From Klebsormidium nitens (lineage: Eukaryota > Plantae > Klebsormidiophyceae), in contig DF237020.1 in NCBI GenBank assembly GCA_000708835.1, positions 124,001 to 188,000 of the forward strand: 64,000 bases of DNA, read 5' to 3'. Position 1 is the first letter of the stretch, and each line of letters opens with the position of its first letter. The notes under the pieces were generated by a model, which saw only the letters and a list, made by a program, of their open reading frames with translations, had not been told where the DNA came from and did not search any database. Shown here piece by piece: positions 33,260 to 45,825 of the stretch. A program made the translations under genes and the position numbers.

Positions 33260-36200
33260 TTAAAGGTTTAGCACAGCCGATGAGGATGCCATCGCGTTGA
33301 AGAGGAACGTTCCCGACAGTGGTACAAACTGCTTCGTGATCAGCTGTAGACAAAGAACAACTCTTACTTACGTATGTTGGGTAAGGCTGACATTCGTCCG
33401 ACTTACATTGGGATGCGCAAGACAAGCGCAACGCTCCGACTTTAGTCCGCAACCTTGACGCGAGCTCTCCGTCAAGAACATGGAGTGGCGGTCTTGTGAC
33501 GGACTAAGGGAGCGACTGCCTCCGATCGACTAGACGCTCCTAAATGAAAAACGCTGGTTGTCAATAATTCGTTCAACCTCGTCCAAGGGCGCTCCATACC
33601 TTGATGGCCTCTTGCGACGCGATCCCCCCGATGATGGCAGCGACCGTGTGCAGCTCACCGGCGCCAAAACGGCAGACCTCAGTGACGTAATCGTCCGGCA
33701 AAGCAGCACCTGAAGCGCACAGTGACAGGCGCAATGACGTCGGCTCTTGCATCTGGGCCTACACAACGACTTTTTGAGGGGCAGCTTGTCAGAGCTGGAA
33801 TGCGGTTGTGCAGACTCAAAGGAAGCGCAAGGTTGGAGACTAGGCGCTTTGGGGAACCCCGCTGGAAACGTGATTGTGGAAGAGCCAACGTCAGTCTCTG
33901 ACTGCCTCGTAAGGGCCGTGTTCCATAAGCAGATCTTGCCCAAAGGTTCCAGACCTGAACGAACGCGCATCAAGCCGAGGACTTCGAGAACCGCCAACCA
34001 AGAAAGCATCGGTCAGAAAAGTTGAATCACGTCCGCTCTCGGCAGCTAAAACAAGCGGGAAATCCTGAGCGAAGCCCACCTGAGCCCCCTTCGTTAAGCA
34101 GCCCCCCAGCCACCGCCTTGAGCCGCGACACGTCCTCCTCTAGTTCGCTGTCGAAGACGCCCGGGAAGCGGTTGTAGGTCGCCGCGAAGTGGTCCGCGCC
34201 CCGGAGCAGCAGATACAGCGCCGCGTGGCTGTTGTCTTCGGACCCGAGCAGGCTCTGCAACGGTCCATAAATTCAAAATATATTAGAGGAATTTTCCACA
34301 TGGGCAGAGTGCGTCTTAGCTCTTTTGTTTGATGAGGCTTCTTGTTGACTTCGAAACACTCAAATCCCATCGTTGAAGCGAAAGCTCCACGCTCGACTCC
34401 GGAAGCGCTCTTTCAGGAGTCCGTCTGTTCAATCAAAATTGAGCAACCTGCGAAAGAGTTTTCTTCGACACATGGCGCCTCGATCTAGCGGAGAAGAGAA
34501 ACTCCCTTCCCTCAAAATCAGAGGCCAATATGGAGGGGAAGCTAGAATACTAAGACAGGAAAAAGAAAGTAAGAGAAAGTAAGAAGGATAGTGCACGCCA
34601 GCAAGGATGGAAAAGAAAAAGGAAACAGGGAATGGCCCCACCTGCAGCTCGCCCTTCTTGTTGCCCACCGCCCCGTACTCCTCCGCCAGCGGTCTGTACC
34701 GGAGTACCCGCAGGTTGCGCGCGTTCTTGCAGAAGTGCTTCACTGTGGGAGGGGAAATGGACGCCGGTTCCCGTCCGAGCTTTTTGAGCAGCCTGCGGAC
34801 GTGCCCCTCCACCGCTGCGGCGTCCGAAAGGGCCTTCTCCTGGTAGACGCGCTGCAACCCGACGTACGACCTGCGCTCGGCAAAGCGGAACTGCTTGAGC
34901 CGCGTTTGAGCCTCCCAACTTCAAAATTTGGAAAGGAAACGGACGATAAAACCTCTGCGGCTATTCCACTCGATCATCCGACACTTTCACGCTTTCTTGA
35001 TTGCGTTTGACGTTAGGAGGAGGACGAGCAGAAAGATCGGTCTTTCAAGGGTTGGGTCCGGAAGCAGATTGCGCAGATTCAAGGAACGGAGCGTTCGCTA
35101 TCGTTCTCACCGTCAGGAACAACTTCAGCTTCAAAGTCAACTTGTGAGCCTTAGAAGGGTCGGAGATTGGGAAGAATATTGCATATCTCTTTCTCAGGAT
35201 TCGTATGAGAGGCGCTCTTACTCCGTGAATGAAGTCATGTCCGGTATCGACCCCTCCAGTGGAAGCTCTCCGGCGCCCTCTCCCTTCACGAATGCGTTCA
35301 AAGCAGCTACCTGAAACGATTGGAATTGTCGTCAGAGCCCGGCGCATGCAGTTATTGCACTTGAGGAGGCAGGCGATGCCTGATGTTTGACCCTCGTCCT
35401 CGGCTCAAAGATCATCCACAATTCATCATCGATTACACGAGAAGTGTAGACCATCATCAGAAAAGCTATCAGGAATGATCGAGACGCTTAACAATGGTTG
35501 TCAATGGAAATATCGGCAAGTAGCATGCAGTAGCGCTTTGCATGATGTGCGACTGCGTTCACTGATTCCCAATCGCTTCCTCCAAAATTTGGAAACAAAC
35601 GAAGACCCGGGCATGACTTTGTTCAGTGGAAATGGAGAGAACGAAGAGAGCTCTCTGAGCGCTTTTAAGGACAGAAACATTTTATACTTACCAGGATCCA
35701 AAAGACAGGCGACTTCGCGTCCAGGGTCTCGGCGGCTCGATCATCGAGGACCGTCCGGAGTTCGGAGCTGATGCTGGGGGGCGACCAGACCTTGAAGGCA
35801 GCGGCGAGGGCCTCCTTGTAGTTCTCCTCCTCTTCGAGCGGGTTCGTTCGTGCTTTGATTGCTTCCTGCCAAAGAGAAACTTAGTTTTCATAGGAAATTT
35901 CTGTGAAAAGTGTTCATTAGGGTGGAGAACTTGGTGAAGCTCCCTGAAACAGAGCGTCTGCCCCACGTGGCTTGCACGTAGGGCAGGCAACTGCCTCTCG
36001 CCTCAACAGGAATGCACTGTGAGGAGGCGGCGAAATTAAAACTAAAAATACTCTGAAAGAAGATGCACTAATACGTTCTTGGTTGGTTCACGAGATCGTT
36101 CGGCGAGATCATCAGACTGAAAGATGGAAAAAGCTTCGCTCATTCGACATCCACCGCTGCTTCAAAAACTTTAGAGCAGGCGTGCAATCACATTTGCAAC

Positions 36201-38329
36201 CTCACAGCCACGACCTTTCTATTAGAATAAAAACAAAAAATCCTTTTGCAGAGAAAATAGAAAGTGGACACTGAACAGACACCGCGGAAATTGAAGAACG
36301 AAACTGACAGACGTTTAGCATCGACCGTCAGAACTTTCTGCTCTGACGAAAGCAGAAAGTGTCTAATAGATCTATTAGTGTTGATCTATCAGACAATGTT
36401 TCTAAAAGGTCAATGGGGCAGTACCTTGAATTCAGCACGCTCCTTTGAGTTAGCCGGCAGCTTCCCATCATGCGACGCCTTCCACTCCTCGGTGACTTTG
36501 AGCAGAATAATACCGTAGGGGATGTGCTTATGAGTAAGAGGGTCTTTGGTGTCGATGTCAAAGTCTGCGGCATACTCTGTAAGGGCTGGCCAAGGGCAGT
36601 GGAACCGCAGATCTTCAACTGCACTGTCTGGTTTCGACTCGATTACTGTATGTTCCTGCAGCAGGTGCGAAGGCTGAGTTAATGACCAGCACTGGCAGGA
36701 CCACACGATAATACGCATCCCTTCGTTTCCAGGAGAAGGCAGCCGAAGACAGCTTCACTCTGACTACAGGTCTTGACAGTGATTCTTCGTCCATTGATAA
36801 TAGACTGATATACCCAAAGGTTGATACAGGAGAGCGATTCACGACAAGAGAATTGAGCTTCTAAGCGGTCCTCCACGATCTACTTCCAATTTGCGAGCTG
36901 CAGACATATTGCCCTGACATCCACAATCTGTGTTCAGACACTTGCCTCTGTGCTGATTCGGACCAGTCCCGCCAACCCGTATGATCGAGCAACCAAGAGC
37001 GTGACAGAGTGCTCTCGACAGATCTTGTCGAGTTTGAGAAGAGCACTCTCAGTGAGCTGCAAGAGTGGAACCACAATCGTTAGATTCTCTGAGCAACTTC
37101 GACCAAGTTGTATAAAACAAGGTGTAGAACAGTGTAAAACAAAGACTTCCTGAACGAGGGGAAGTCACCGAGCAACTTCTGCCAGACTGACGCACAAATA
37201 TGAGCCTTTCTCGTAAAAATTGCAACCTTCAACAGCTTCATTTGCAGGTCTCAGGATGAAACGCAATCCAGCTGGTTACCTGGGTGGCAATAACAAGCGT
37301 GAAGTCGCCGAAGAATCCAGGATTCGAGTTCAGCAGCGCCTCTGGTGACTCTTCGACAAATTGAGCGTCAACAGTGTCGTTGAGTTCTTGAAGTAATGAG
37401 GTGGCGGTCTTGGCCCGAGATGAACCCAGGCTGTCATGATCAACTGCAAGAACCAAAAGGTTGCGTAAACTCTTCATAAATCCTTCGTGAAACAGTTCTA
37501 CACTTTGTGTCGACACTCATAGACTTGATGGGGGTGGTGCCAACAAAGGGTCTCAACGCTAGGATGACAAGTGACTGATAAGGTTTGCTAAGCTGGCTTC
37601 ATACTTCTGGTCATCTTCAATAAGGCCCCCGCAAAGAAAGCAAAGACGGGTTGGTGGTGTGGTCGACCATCACTTTTACTCCTAGCACAGGCTTTTCAAC
37701 ATCCTGACAGGTTCACCTTGCTTTCTCACAATGCCTTGCTGTGACAAACGAACACAGAGGCAGAACTGATCAAAACCTTTCACGGCTTCCAACTTTCAGG
37801 ACCACTGTCACTCAAGACATGCATAAGCATATGCTGATCGCTATGCTCCGCTTGACCATGGTGGCTTGGAAGGGGACATGAAACTCACGTAGGAAGTTGT
37901 TGCCCAAATCAGAAGGTTCCACTTTCTTCCCATCGACAATTGTGAAAGATCCAATCCCTCCTAGTACCAAGTTCTTCAGGGCTTCAGAACCAGTTGGGCC
38001 ACAGTTTAGCAGGCAGACCTTTGCATTTTCTAAAGCTTCCTGTCCATGCTCGCCCCAGATCCTGCACAAGAACCAACCTGAGAATCAAAGCCTGCCTCAA
38101 AAGTTGCATCATGGGAATAAAAGCTGCTCGTTTGCCAGCACCACCACATCAATGCCACTTCTCAGATATTAAACTTGACTCAACTTTCAAGAGAGTGACT
38201 GACGTCGAAAGAAGATAGTGAAGAACAGGATTGGTGATGGCGCCAGTGGTGGTACTTGACAAGTAGTTCTGTAGCAGGGCATGAGACTAACCTGAGCTGC
38301 CGATCATACTTCTGCTTCTTTTGGGCCAT
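33260..38329 (-). CDS. AXR1: NEDD8/RUB-activating enzyme E1 regulatory subunit (AXR1/NAE1/APP-BP1)
   Basis: The spliced protein runs [13 protein letters not shown]|[44 protein letters not shown]..., HTVIESKPD...[72 protein letters not shown]|[18 protein letters not shown]...LNL*. Confidence 0.93.
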
Positions 38330-38838
38330 TGTCTGCTTGTACTAATCAAAAGCACGGTGGTTCAATGCAACCTGCAGTCTGCTTCTGTGCACAATTTTGA
38401 ACAAGAGAAATTGCGGAAAGACGCTTTTGATTGCGCCTCAAAGCTCAGCTCCAAAAGCTGGTGAAGAGACTGATAAGCAAGGTCAGAACTTCAGATCCTT
38501 GAAATGAAAAGATTATTGAAGGAAGTCGCCCTCTTTCTTCCTTCTCTTCAACGTGAAGTGTTCCTCTCTGCAATGACATTTGATTGAAAGTTGCCATATC
38601 ATTATGGCATGTCCAGCCTCCAGGCCAACTGAAGCAGACCGAAGCAGGCTATATTAGGTATTTTCTACATGCATTCGCGAATGATAGTAAACGTACTGTG
38701 ACATTTTGTCCTTGCCCGATCGGCGACCCTACAGTATCGTGAAATCTCTTCGAGGGTCGCTTTCGACAGATATCAACTACCGTATATTGCTTGAACTACA
38801 GAAAATAAGACAGTATAAATGACCAGCTTATACACTTA

Positions 38839-39134
38839 AGGTAGAAGTATGGCATTCAACCGCCTGCAGAACCCTTGGTTACGTTTGGGGTCATAGAATG
38901 GTCCAAACCTAACCAAATCGAATCGAGATTTTTGCAATGGGTTCGGGAGTCGGGACCCCAAGGGGGTCCTCTGACCCGGGTCTCGANNNNNNNNNNNNNN
39001 NNNNNNTCGAGACCCGGGTCAGAGGACCGAACCCATTGCAAAAAACTCGACTAGATTTGGTTAGGTTTGGACCATTCTATGACCCCAAACGTGACCAAGG
39101 GTTCTGTAGGCGGTTGAATGCCATACTTCTACCT
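38839..39134. mobile_element. Foldback/MITE-like element with long inverted arms and a 3-bp TTA target-site duplication (PIF/Harbinger-like), spanning a gap
   Basis: The layout is TTA|aggtagaagtatggcattcaaccgcc...tctgacccgggtctcga NNN tcgagacccgggtcaga...ggcggttgaatgccatacttctacct|TTA. The arms are reverse complements over ~125 bp with few mismatches and a ~20-bp extra segment on the left. Confidence 0.72.
38987..39006. other. Assembly gap (20 N) at the centre of the inverted repeat
   Basis: There is a run of n characters; the true length is unknown. Confidence 1.
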
Positions 39135-39305
39135 TTAAAGTAGAACTCGATGAAAAACCGTAAATGCTAGCACAATTCTGTGCCAGCTGCCAGCTGAGCA
39201 GTAGTAGAGGGGGGCGATTGACTTGGGTCACTGCATTTGGCTTTCGCCACTCAAATTGGAGCTTCCTTGAAGCGCTGTGCCTCATCACAAAGAAAGTATC
39301 TCTCC

Positions 39306-42300
39306 ATGGACTCTCCAACTGTGGTGACAGCGCCAGCCGCTGAGGCAGAAGTTGCAGAACTCAAGGCCGAGGAAAGTGCTCCGCAAGCGGAGCAGAAAGG
39401 GGTACAATCGAAGGGCTTAGCAACCACAAGTGAGATGAAGGTGCAGACCTCGGAGATTGAGGAGGAACCTCTGGCATCAGAGAAGAATGTGCTGCAGCCA
39501 TTGCTCAAATCTGACGCTGCCAGCGCCCAAGTGCCTGCCCAACTGTCTCCCAATTCAGGAGGCTGGGGCTGGGGCCTATTGGCCAGCGTAGCAAAGGCCG
39601 CGGAGAACTTCACGGAGGCGGTATGCATTCCAAAATTCTGCCTTCCTCCTTACTTCAATTGTTCAGAGGGGCAGAATAGGGTTTTGTATTACATTATGCA
39701 ACGGCCAAGTGTGGCAGCTGATTGAGAACCCCCAGTAGCTATGCGGCAAGTTTTATTTGTTGCAGGCAAGAGCTGCTTCTCCGTTCAGTAGGACTGCCCC
39801 ACATGAAATTGTTTACGGCCAAGTGTGCATCGATGCAACTCTCTTGCAAGTTTCGTCACCTGGCTATCAAGCTATGCTGTCTTAACTCTTTGTCTTCAGC
39901 TTCTATAATTCATGTTTGAAAAGGACACGATGATAACTAGTGCTACTGACCATCCAAGATCAGACCACAGGGATTGTTGGGTTGACTACCAAGCTCTGTC
40001 AAAAGGTCTCTTTTGGAATGAGCCAACCGTTATGGGCATAAGCTGAATATTCCTTCCAATTGCCTTCTTTCTCCAGCGGCACCCATCTTAGATTATCCAG
40101 ATTATGATTGTCCTCTGCAGGCTGTGGAAACTGCCAAAGAAGCCGCAAAGAGCGTGGCTGAGCTGCAGACAACACTTGTAGAGTCTCTTGAGGGCGAGGC
40201 TAATCAAGCACCTGCAACGGAAGGTGATGCCCCAGTGACGAAAAAACTTGATGCGGCAGAGACAAAGGGTGAAGCTGAAGACAAAAGTCTCCCTGTAAAG
40301 GGGGCCAGTGAGAGCGAAGAAGATAAGCGACGGCAGGCTGCGTTGGACAAGCTGGGGAATGCGAGCAAAGACTCCTTCCTTGGACATGTGAGTCCTAGTT
40401 AATCCGCTTGACTCACCTGCAGTGAGCTCTTTTTGTCATCTGCACCCTCATCTTTGCTTGATTCACTTGCAGTGAGTAATGTTTGATACTTGTAACTTCT
40501 TGTTTGATTGTTCAGTCAGCTTGATTCCCTAAAAAATGAGGTATATTCTATACAAGTAAGTTTTTTGTTTGATTGTTTCATCTGCTTGATTCACTTTGCA
40601 CTGGTTTCTCTTTGATACTTGTGACCTTCTCTTTGAACTACTGTAAAGCAAAATATGATCAGATTCTGAAAGTTTGTTCTTTCCGTTATATCCATTTAGT
40701 GTGCTGATTGAGCCTCTCAATTGAGGCCCAAAAGCGTAGCCTTCCTAACGCCAACTTTTGCACCGACTCTGCCTGTCATTTCCCCTCAGGACACCACATG
40801 CTTTTGCACTATTCTGTCATATTGGTTCGGCTCATGTCATTTGTTGCAGAGCACTCTGTAGCACCGAGTATATGAAGATTCTCACATGTCAAGAGGGTGC
40901 CCTTCTCCTGGTGCAGGGCCTGAAGGTCCTGGACGACTCGGTTGAGAATCTCGCACTGAATGCAATGGCTGCGTTTGGGAGTGCGTGGAAAGGCTCTGTG
41001 AACATCGTACATCAACTGGAGCAGCAGGCGGAGGCTTTGGCAGAGTCTGAGAAAGTCAAGTCAGGGCTGAAGGTGGGTGCCTCTGCGGGTGCCAATGCCC
41101 TGATCTTTCCTCCCTGATCCCATCATGGACACCCTCAAACCGATTGGCAAGCGCGGTGTATTTGCCTCTTGCCATGTTCACTTTTCTTTAGTAAAGCTCC
41201 TGTTGAACCTGCTGTGAGTGGCAGAAGGAAGGCTTGTATTTGTTGTTGTTTGCGTATGATCTTCTTGAGCCACTCGTCCACTGAAGGCATTGTTGTCCTT
41301 TGCAGAGTGGCAGTGGGGTGCTGGCCAAGAGCACCGCAGTGTTTGAGGGCATTGGACGCCGCACCATGGTGAGATCCCTCTTCCTTACCTTCGATTGGGT
41401 GAAATATTAATTAGGACCTTGTCCTTACTAATCGTACACCCATATGTCCTTCATCTGCTTCAAGAGCTTACAATGGGCTGATTTTATTCTTTATGATCTC
41501 AAAGCTTACCGGTTGACTTCAATTCCAATGCCTGCAGGAGTTGCTGGCTGAAGAGACTGGCATCGAGCTGGAGAAAGACGAGAACGAGAAGGCCGTTGAA
41601 GACAAGCACGACGAGGAGGCAGGGGAGGAGGTGACCTTCGACAGATGCTTCTACATCTACGGGGGTCCCGAGCACCTCGAGGTAAATTGGAAGCTGCTGG
41701 ACGGATCGTTTTAACCATTAAACTTCACTGGACGGGGTTCTCCACTTATTTGGGCTCTTGATTTGAAGATCTGTGAGCTGTCTTTCCAACCCGTTCTGGC
41801 AATCTTGTGGAGTTTTCTGGGTAAATCCGGCTGCCTTTCTTACGTACTTGACCACGTTCGTTTCGCTGCCACCTCGTGACAACTTTAAGGAACAGCAGTC
41901 AGCTCCCCACTTAGTCCTTTTCGAGGTTAAACACCTGACATCGGGCAGCAGTTCTCCATCCCCTAGCTCGCCTTCTCTCAGGGAAACAGCGATGTCTTCG
42001 AAATATTCTTTCTGCTTTGACTTTTCGAATTGTCCCTTTGCTATCGTTCAACTAGGTTGTCCGTTTCACACTCTAATACATTCGTTTCACCCTACCCCAT
42101 GCTCAACTGAGCCTTCATATCGAATTGTCTCAGCAAGCGTATGTGGATGTCAACTCCTCCTCTTTACTGTTTCAGGAGCTAGAGGCCCTGTCCAACCACC
42201 ACGCTCTCATGTACAACCGCGCCCGGGCAAAGCTTGCGGGCGATAAGAGGGCGGCCCTGGAAGCCACGCTCAAGGAGTTGCAGAAGCTCCTGACATTGGA

Positions 42301-44819
42301 GGCGGAGGAGGGGTCTGCAAAGAGCGCAGCAGGAAAGAAGGACGACGAGGAAGAGGGAGAGAGGGAAGCCGAGGTACGTCAGTGCGGAAGATATATTCGT
42401 TTTGTTTCCATACTGTTGAGCGGCAAGCTCTTTGGTCCCCGGCAGAACGGAGACAAAGTTGTTTAAAGAGATACACTTTAGTTTGATTAAAGAGAGGCAC
42501 AGAGATGCGGCAGATTGCCGTTTGCTACGTTGCGTCGAAGCGACGCCTCGTCAAGTGAGATCTTAGGGTCCCAATTACACCAGAGAAACAGCTGTTTCAG
42601 GTTCCACTCAAAAGCAAAGCAATGTGAGTTTGGATTTCCCTTTCCAGTTGCCAATATCTGGAACTGTGTCTGGCATCATTCTTCTCGTCCTTAGACATCA
42701 GACCTCTGTCGTCAAGTCAATAGCGACCTTCGTTTTGTGAGTCAGCTTCTGCAGTTACGCTTCTAAATCAAACAAACCGTCCTCGCATCGTTTCGCTCGC
42801 GCCTAGATCCGGTCGCTCCGGGAAGCCGGCATCAGCCAAGCCACGGACATGGCTTCCACGTTCACGACGTCACTGGGCAGCGCTTCGAGCGACGCCGCCA
42901 GTCAGCTGGAGGAGGTCTTGAACAAGGCGACCGAGCGACTGGAAGAGATCAAAGGCGAAGGTGTCCACGTAAGGATCTGTCTCGTGTTTTCCCACCGGGC
43001 ATGCCAAATGCTGCATGAGTTTTTAGATATGCTGATCACCATCCAGGCTCCGAGGTGAATCCCGCACTGTTCTTGACTACGGGAGTGGTTCCGCAGTGTT
43101 TCCCGGTGGGCATGCCAAAGAGCTACACGAGTTCTCAGATTTTTGATCACCATCCAGCTCCCGGTTTGAAGTGCACGGCGTTTCTTTGACGACGGGAATA
43201 AATCCGCAGGACTTTGGTACCAACTACAGGACCGGAGATTTTGGTTTTGAAGCAGAGAGACTTTCCTATCATAGTGACAATCTTCTTGCGTACATCTTTT
43301 GTCCTTCCATTGCGCTCCACCTGACGCAGCTCCAGTGGCCGTTACGTTAGTATTGGACCATTATTCACGAATCCAAGTTGCATGTTGTGAGGAAACCATG
43401 CGATCAAGTTCGCCGGCTAATCAGAGTGCCGCTGTACTACAGCGACTGTCCGAACTTTGCGCGCTGTGCATCTCGCACTTGCTTCTGTTGGGCGAGGCCG
43501 TCTTGAAGACGGGTTCAGGCGAAGGCGCAGAAGCACTGACACCGTCGAAGGGGACACCGCTGAGGGTCGAGTGGCCGGAGGACGTCGTCAAGCGCGCCGA
43601 GCTGATCAAGGAGCGCGCCAGATCGATGCTGCGAGATATCGAGTTGTTGTCGGTGGGTACCCTGCCCTCGTTCCTTGTTGGGACTCTGATTTTCACTTGC
43701 TCGAGCGTTTTATCAGCGATTCGATCTTTGCGAAGGCCGAGTTGTTGGCATAGAGGAATATCTCCTTTATCAAGAGCTTGCTAGTTAGGAGTGTGCAGAT
43801 CAGGGTTCGAGTGTTACTTGGCTGGGTCGACAGACAATTGCTCGGAAGGTTGGGAACACTGTTGCAGGAACCAGTCAAGAAGCCGTCTCGCCTTATTGAG
43901 GAATGGGCAGACAGAATCTGTGTCACAGGAGACGTTCCATGACTAAACCCGGGGTCCTTTTGCGTGCGTCTCGTTTGGAGTCGGCCCCGGACAACTCATG
44001 AAAGCGGAAACCGACAGTGTCAATGGCAGGAGTTCTGAGTTTTTGACGCCGTGATTCCACGGCAGAGCTGTCGTGGAGCTGTGCTTAATGGCCGGCCACT
44101 GATTCTCACAGCACAGAGATTGAAGGCTCGAGCCCCCCAGGAAACTGTGAAATCTTATAGAGGTCGTCTACACAACGCCCTCGTCGGGCCAATACAAGCA
44201 GCATTGGGTGCTTGGAGTAAAGTGCTGCCACCAGCTTTTCAATGACAACGGAGCGCAAACACTCCGTTTCCACTGTCGCCCTGCGACGTCAGGCGTTAAG
44301 GGCCCCACGACTGAACCTACTGGGAAAGCAGCTCACTTCTTTTGCACGCTTCTCTTCAGGACGCCTTCACGACGTCCATCTCGGAGGTTGTCAAGGCCTA
44401 CGAGACGGTCTCCTCCAGCTCTGCCTCCGCTGCCGAAACCGGGGACGCTTCAGCGACCAAGTCTTCCCCGCTCGATGAGAAGCTCGCTGCGCTCAGTGGC
44501 GACCTGGAGAGCGACACGCATACTGCGGTTGGGAAGCTGCAGGTGAGCGGATGAGAGATGTTCCAGGAAGAGTTGTTCGCGATGTGCCGATAGGCAAAGT
44601 GCTTTCGCTCTGCACCTGCGAGGTAGGATCTCTTCATTTGTGTCGAGCTTGCTTGCATGTTGGCCTGGACAAACTTTTGGTCAAGCTTAGAGTCATTGCC
44701 GAAGATTGCGCAAGTTAAGCTCCTTCGGGGACTGGGTCTTAGTGTTTCCATTTTCTTGTTTGTAGGACGGTTTGCAGTTCCTCGTGTATCCTGTTGTGTC
44801 AACATCAATGAAAGGGTGA
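39306..44819 (+). CDS. FAM114/BAT2-domain-like plant protein of unknown function, multi-exon
   Basis: An acidic N-terminus is followed by GGWGWGLLASVAKAAE, GLKVLDDSVENLA, EVTFDRCFYIYGGPEHLE|ELEALSNHHALMYNR, LSELCALCISHLLLLGE, VEWPED and a last exon DGLQFLVYPVVSTSMKG* (44766-44819). The family assignment is from my recall of these motifs. Confidence 0.7.
42975..43200 (+). repeat. Two-copy ~111-bp tandem duplication in a FAM114-like intron
   Basis: gtgttt(t)ccc...gggcatgccaaa...gagtt.t.agat...tgatcaccatccag...ttgac.acggga occurs twice, with gggcatgccaaa at ~42997 and ~43108. Confidence 0.75.
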
Positions 44820-45825
44820 AGTTGAGCAAAAATGGCATAGCAGAAAGCTAGTTTGAGGTGATTCCCCAACTACTCTATTGGTGGTAATCTCCTTGTGAAT
44901 ACTGTCCTGGGATTCTGGAAGGTAGACTTACCATACACGTCCTGCTCTCTGACAATTCTGATTGCTGTACACAATTCTATGATTCAGCAGGATGTATAAT
45001 GTGACGGGCTACTTGTGAACAGTCAAGCTGGCCGCCCATCTTTGGTCTTCATTATTCAATTCCAGGACTAGCATCTCAGGGTTTGTTCCGGACATGTGCT
45101 CCGAGCATTCACTGCTCTTTCTCATGGCATACGGTCAATCTGCAGGCTGTATCCATGGTAACGTTACGTGCCAATTTTCAAAATCTCAATGAGCATAGAT
45201 TATCATGGTACATAAATGTGTGCTGCGTGCATAGGCATTCGTGCAATGATGCATCTCAACTACATGCAGGTGAATTGAGTTCCAGCTATTTGATTGCCCC
45301 TAGGCATGTCTAAGTATCCTTTTTTTCTTGCGTGAAATCATAAAGATTTCACATGGTGCGCTTGCAAGAGTTCGGCCTGTATAAACGTGCTCGCCCGCGG
45401 CTCCAGCTTGCACTGGCATGTGACAGTCTGCTGGATCAGGCGCAAAATTACTACCATCGTATGAAACATGCGAGCATTGTACGTTAGCGAATAGGCTGGC
45501 ATACAGGTAGAACCGTGCAGCTGATCGACTTTGTGAGACTTGCAGATTAAGTCAGTCACTTGCATGCCATGCAAAGGTGAAACAATCTTGCACGACTTCA
45601 ACTCAAGGCTCTTGCACAAAGGTGTCATGATGGCTATGACGTTTTCTGAAAATTACTCCACTTTGTCAACATCTACGACAATCTCCACATTCTTCTGCAC
45701 GACCCTCTCTACCGCATCAGTGGTTGCATTTCTAGAGTTCCGCCAAAGCTTCGATCAGCTCCCAATGGTCATCTTTAACGATCAGCTTTTTGCATGAAAT
45801 CGTGTTCTCAAAGCGTAATAATGTC

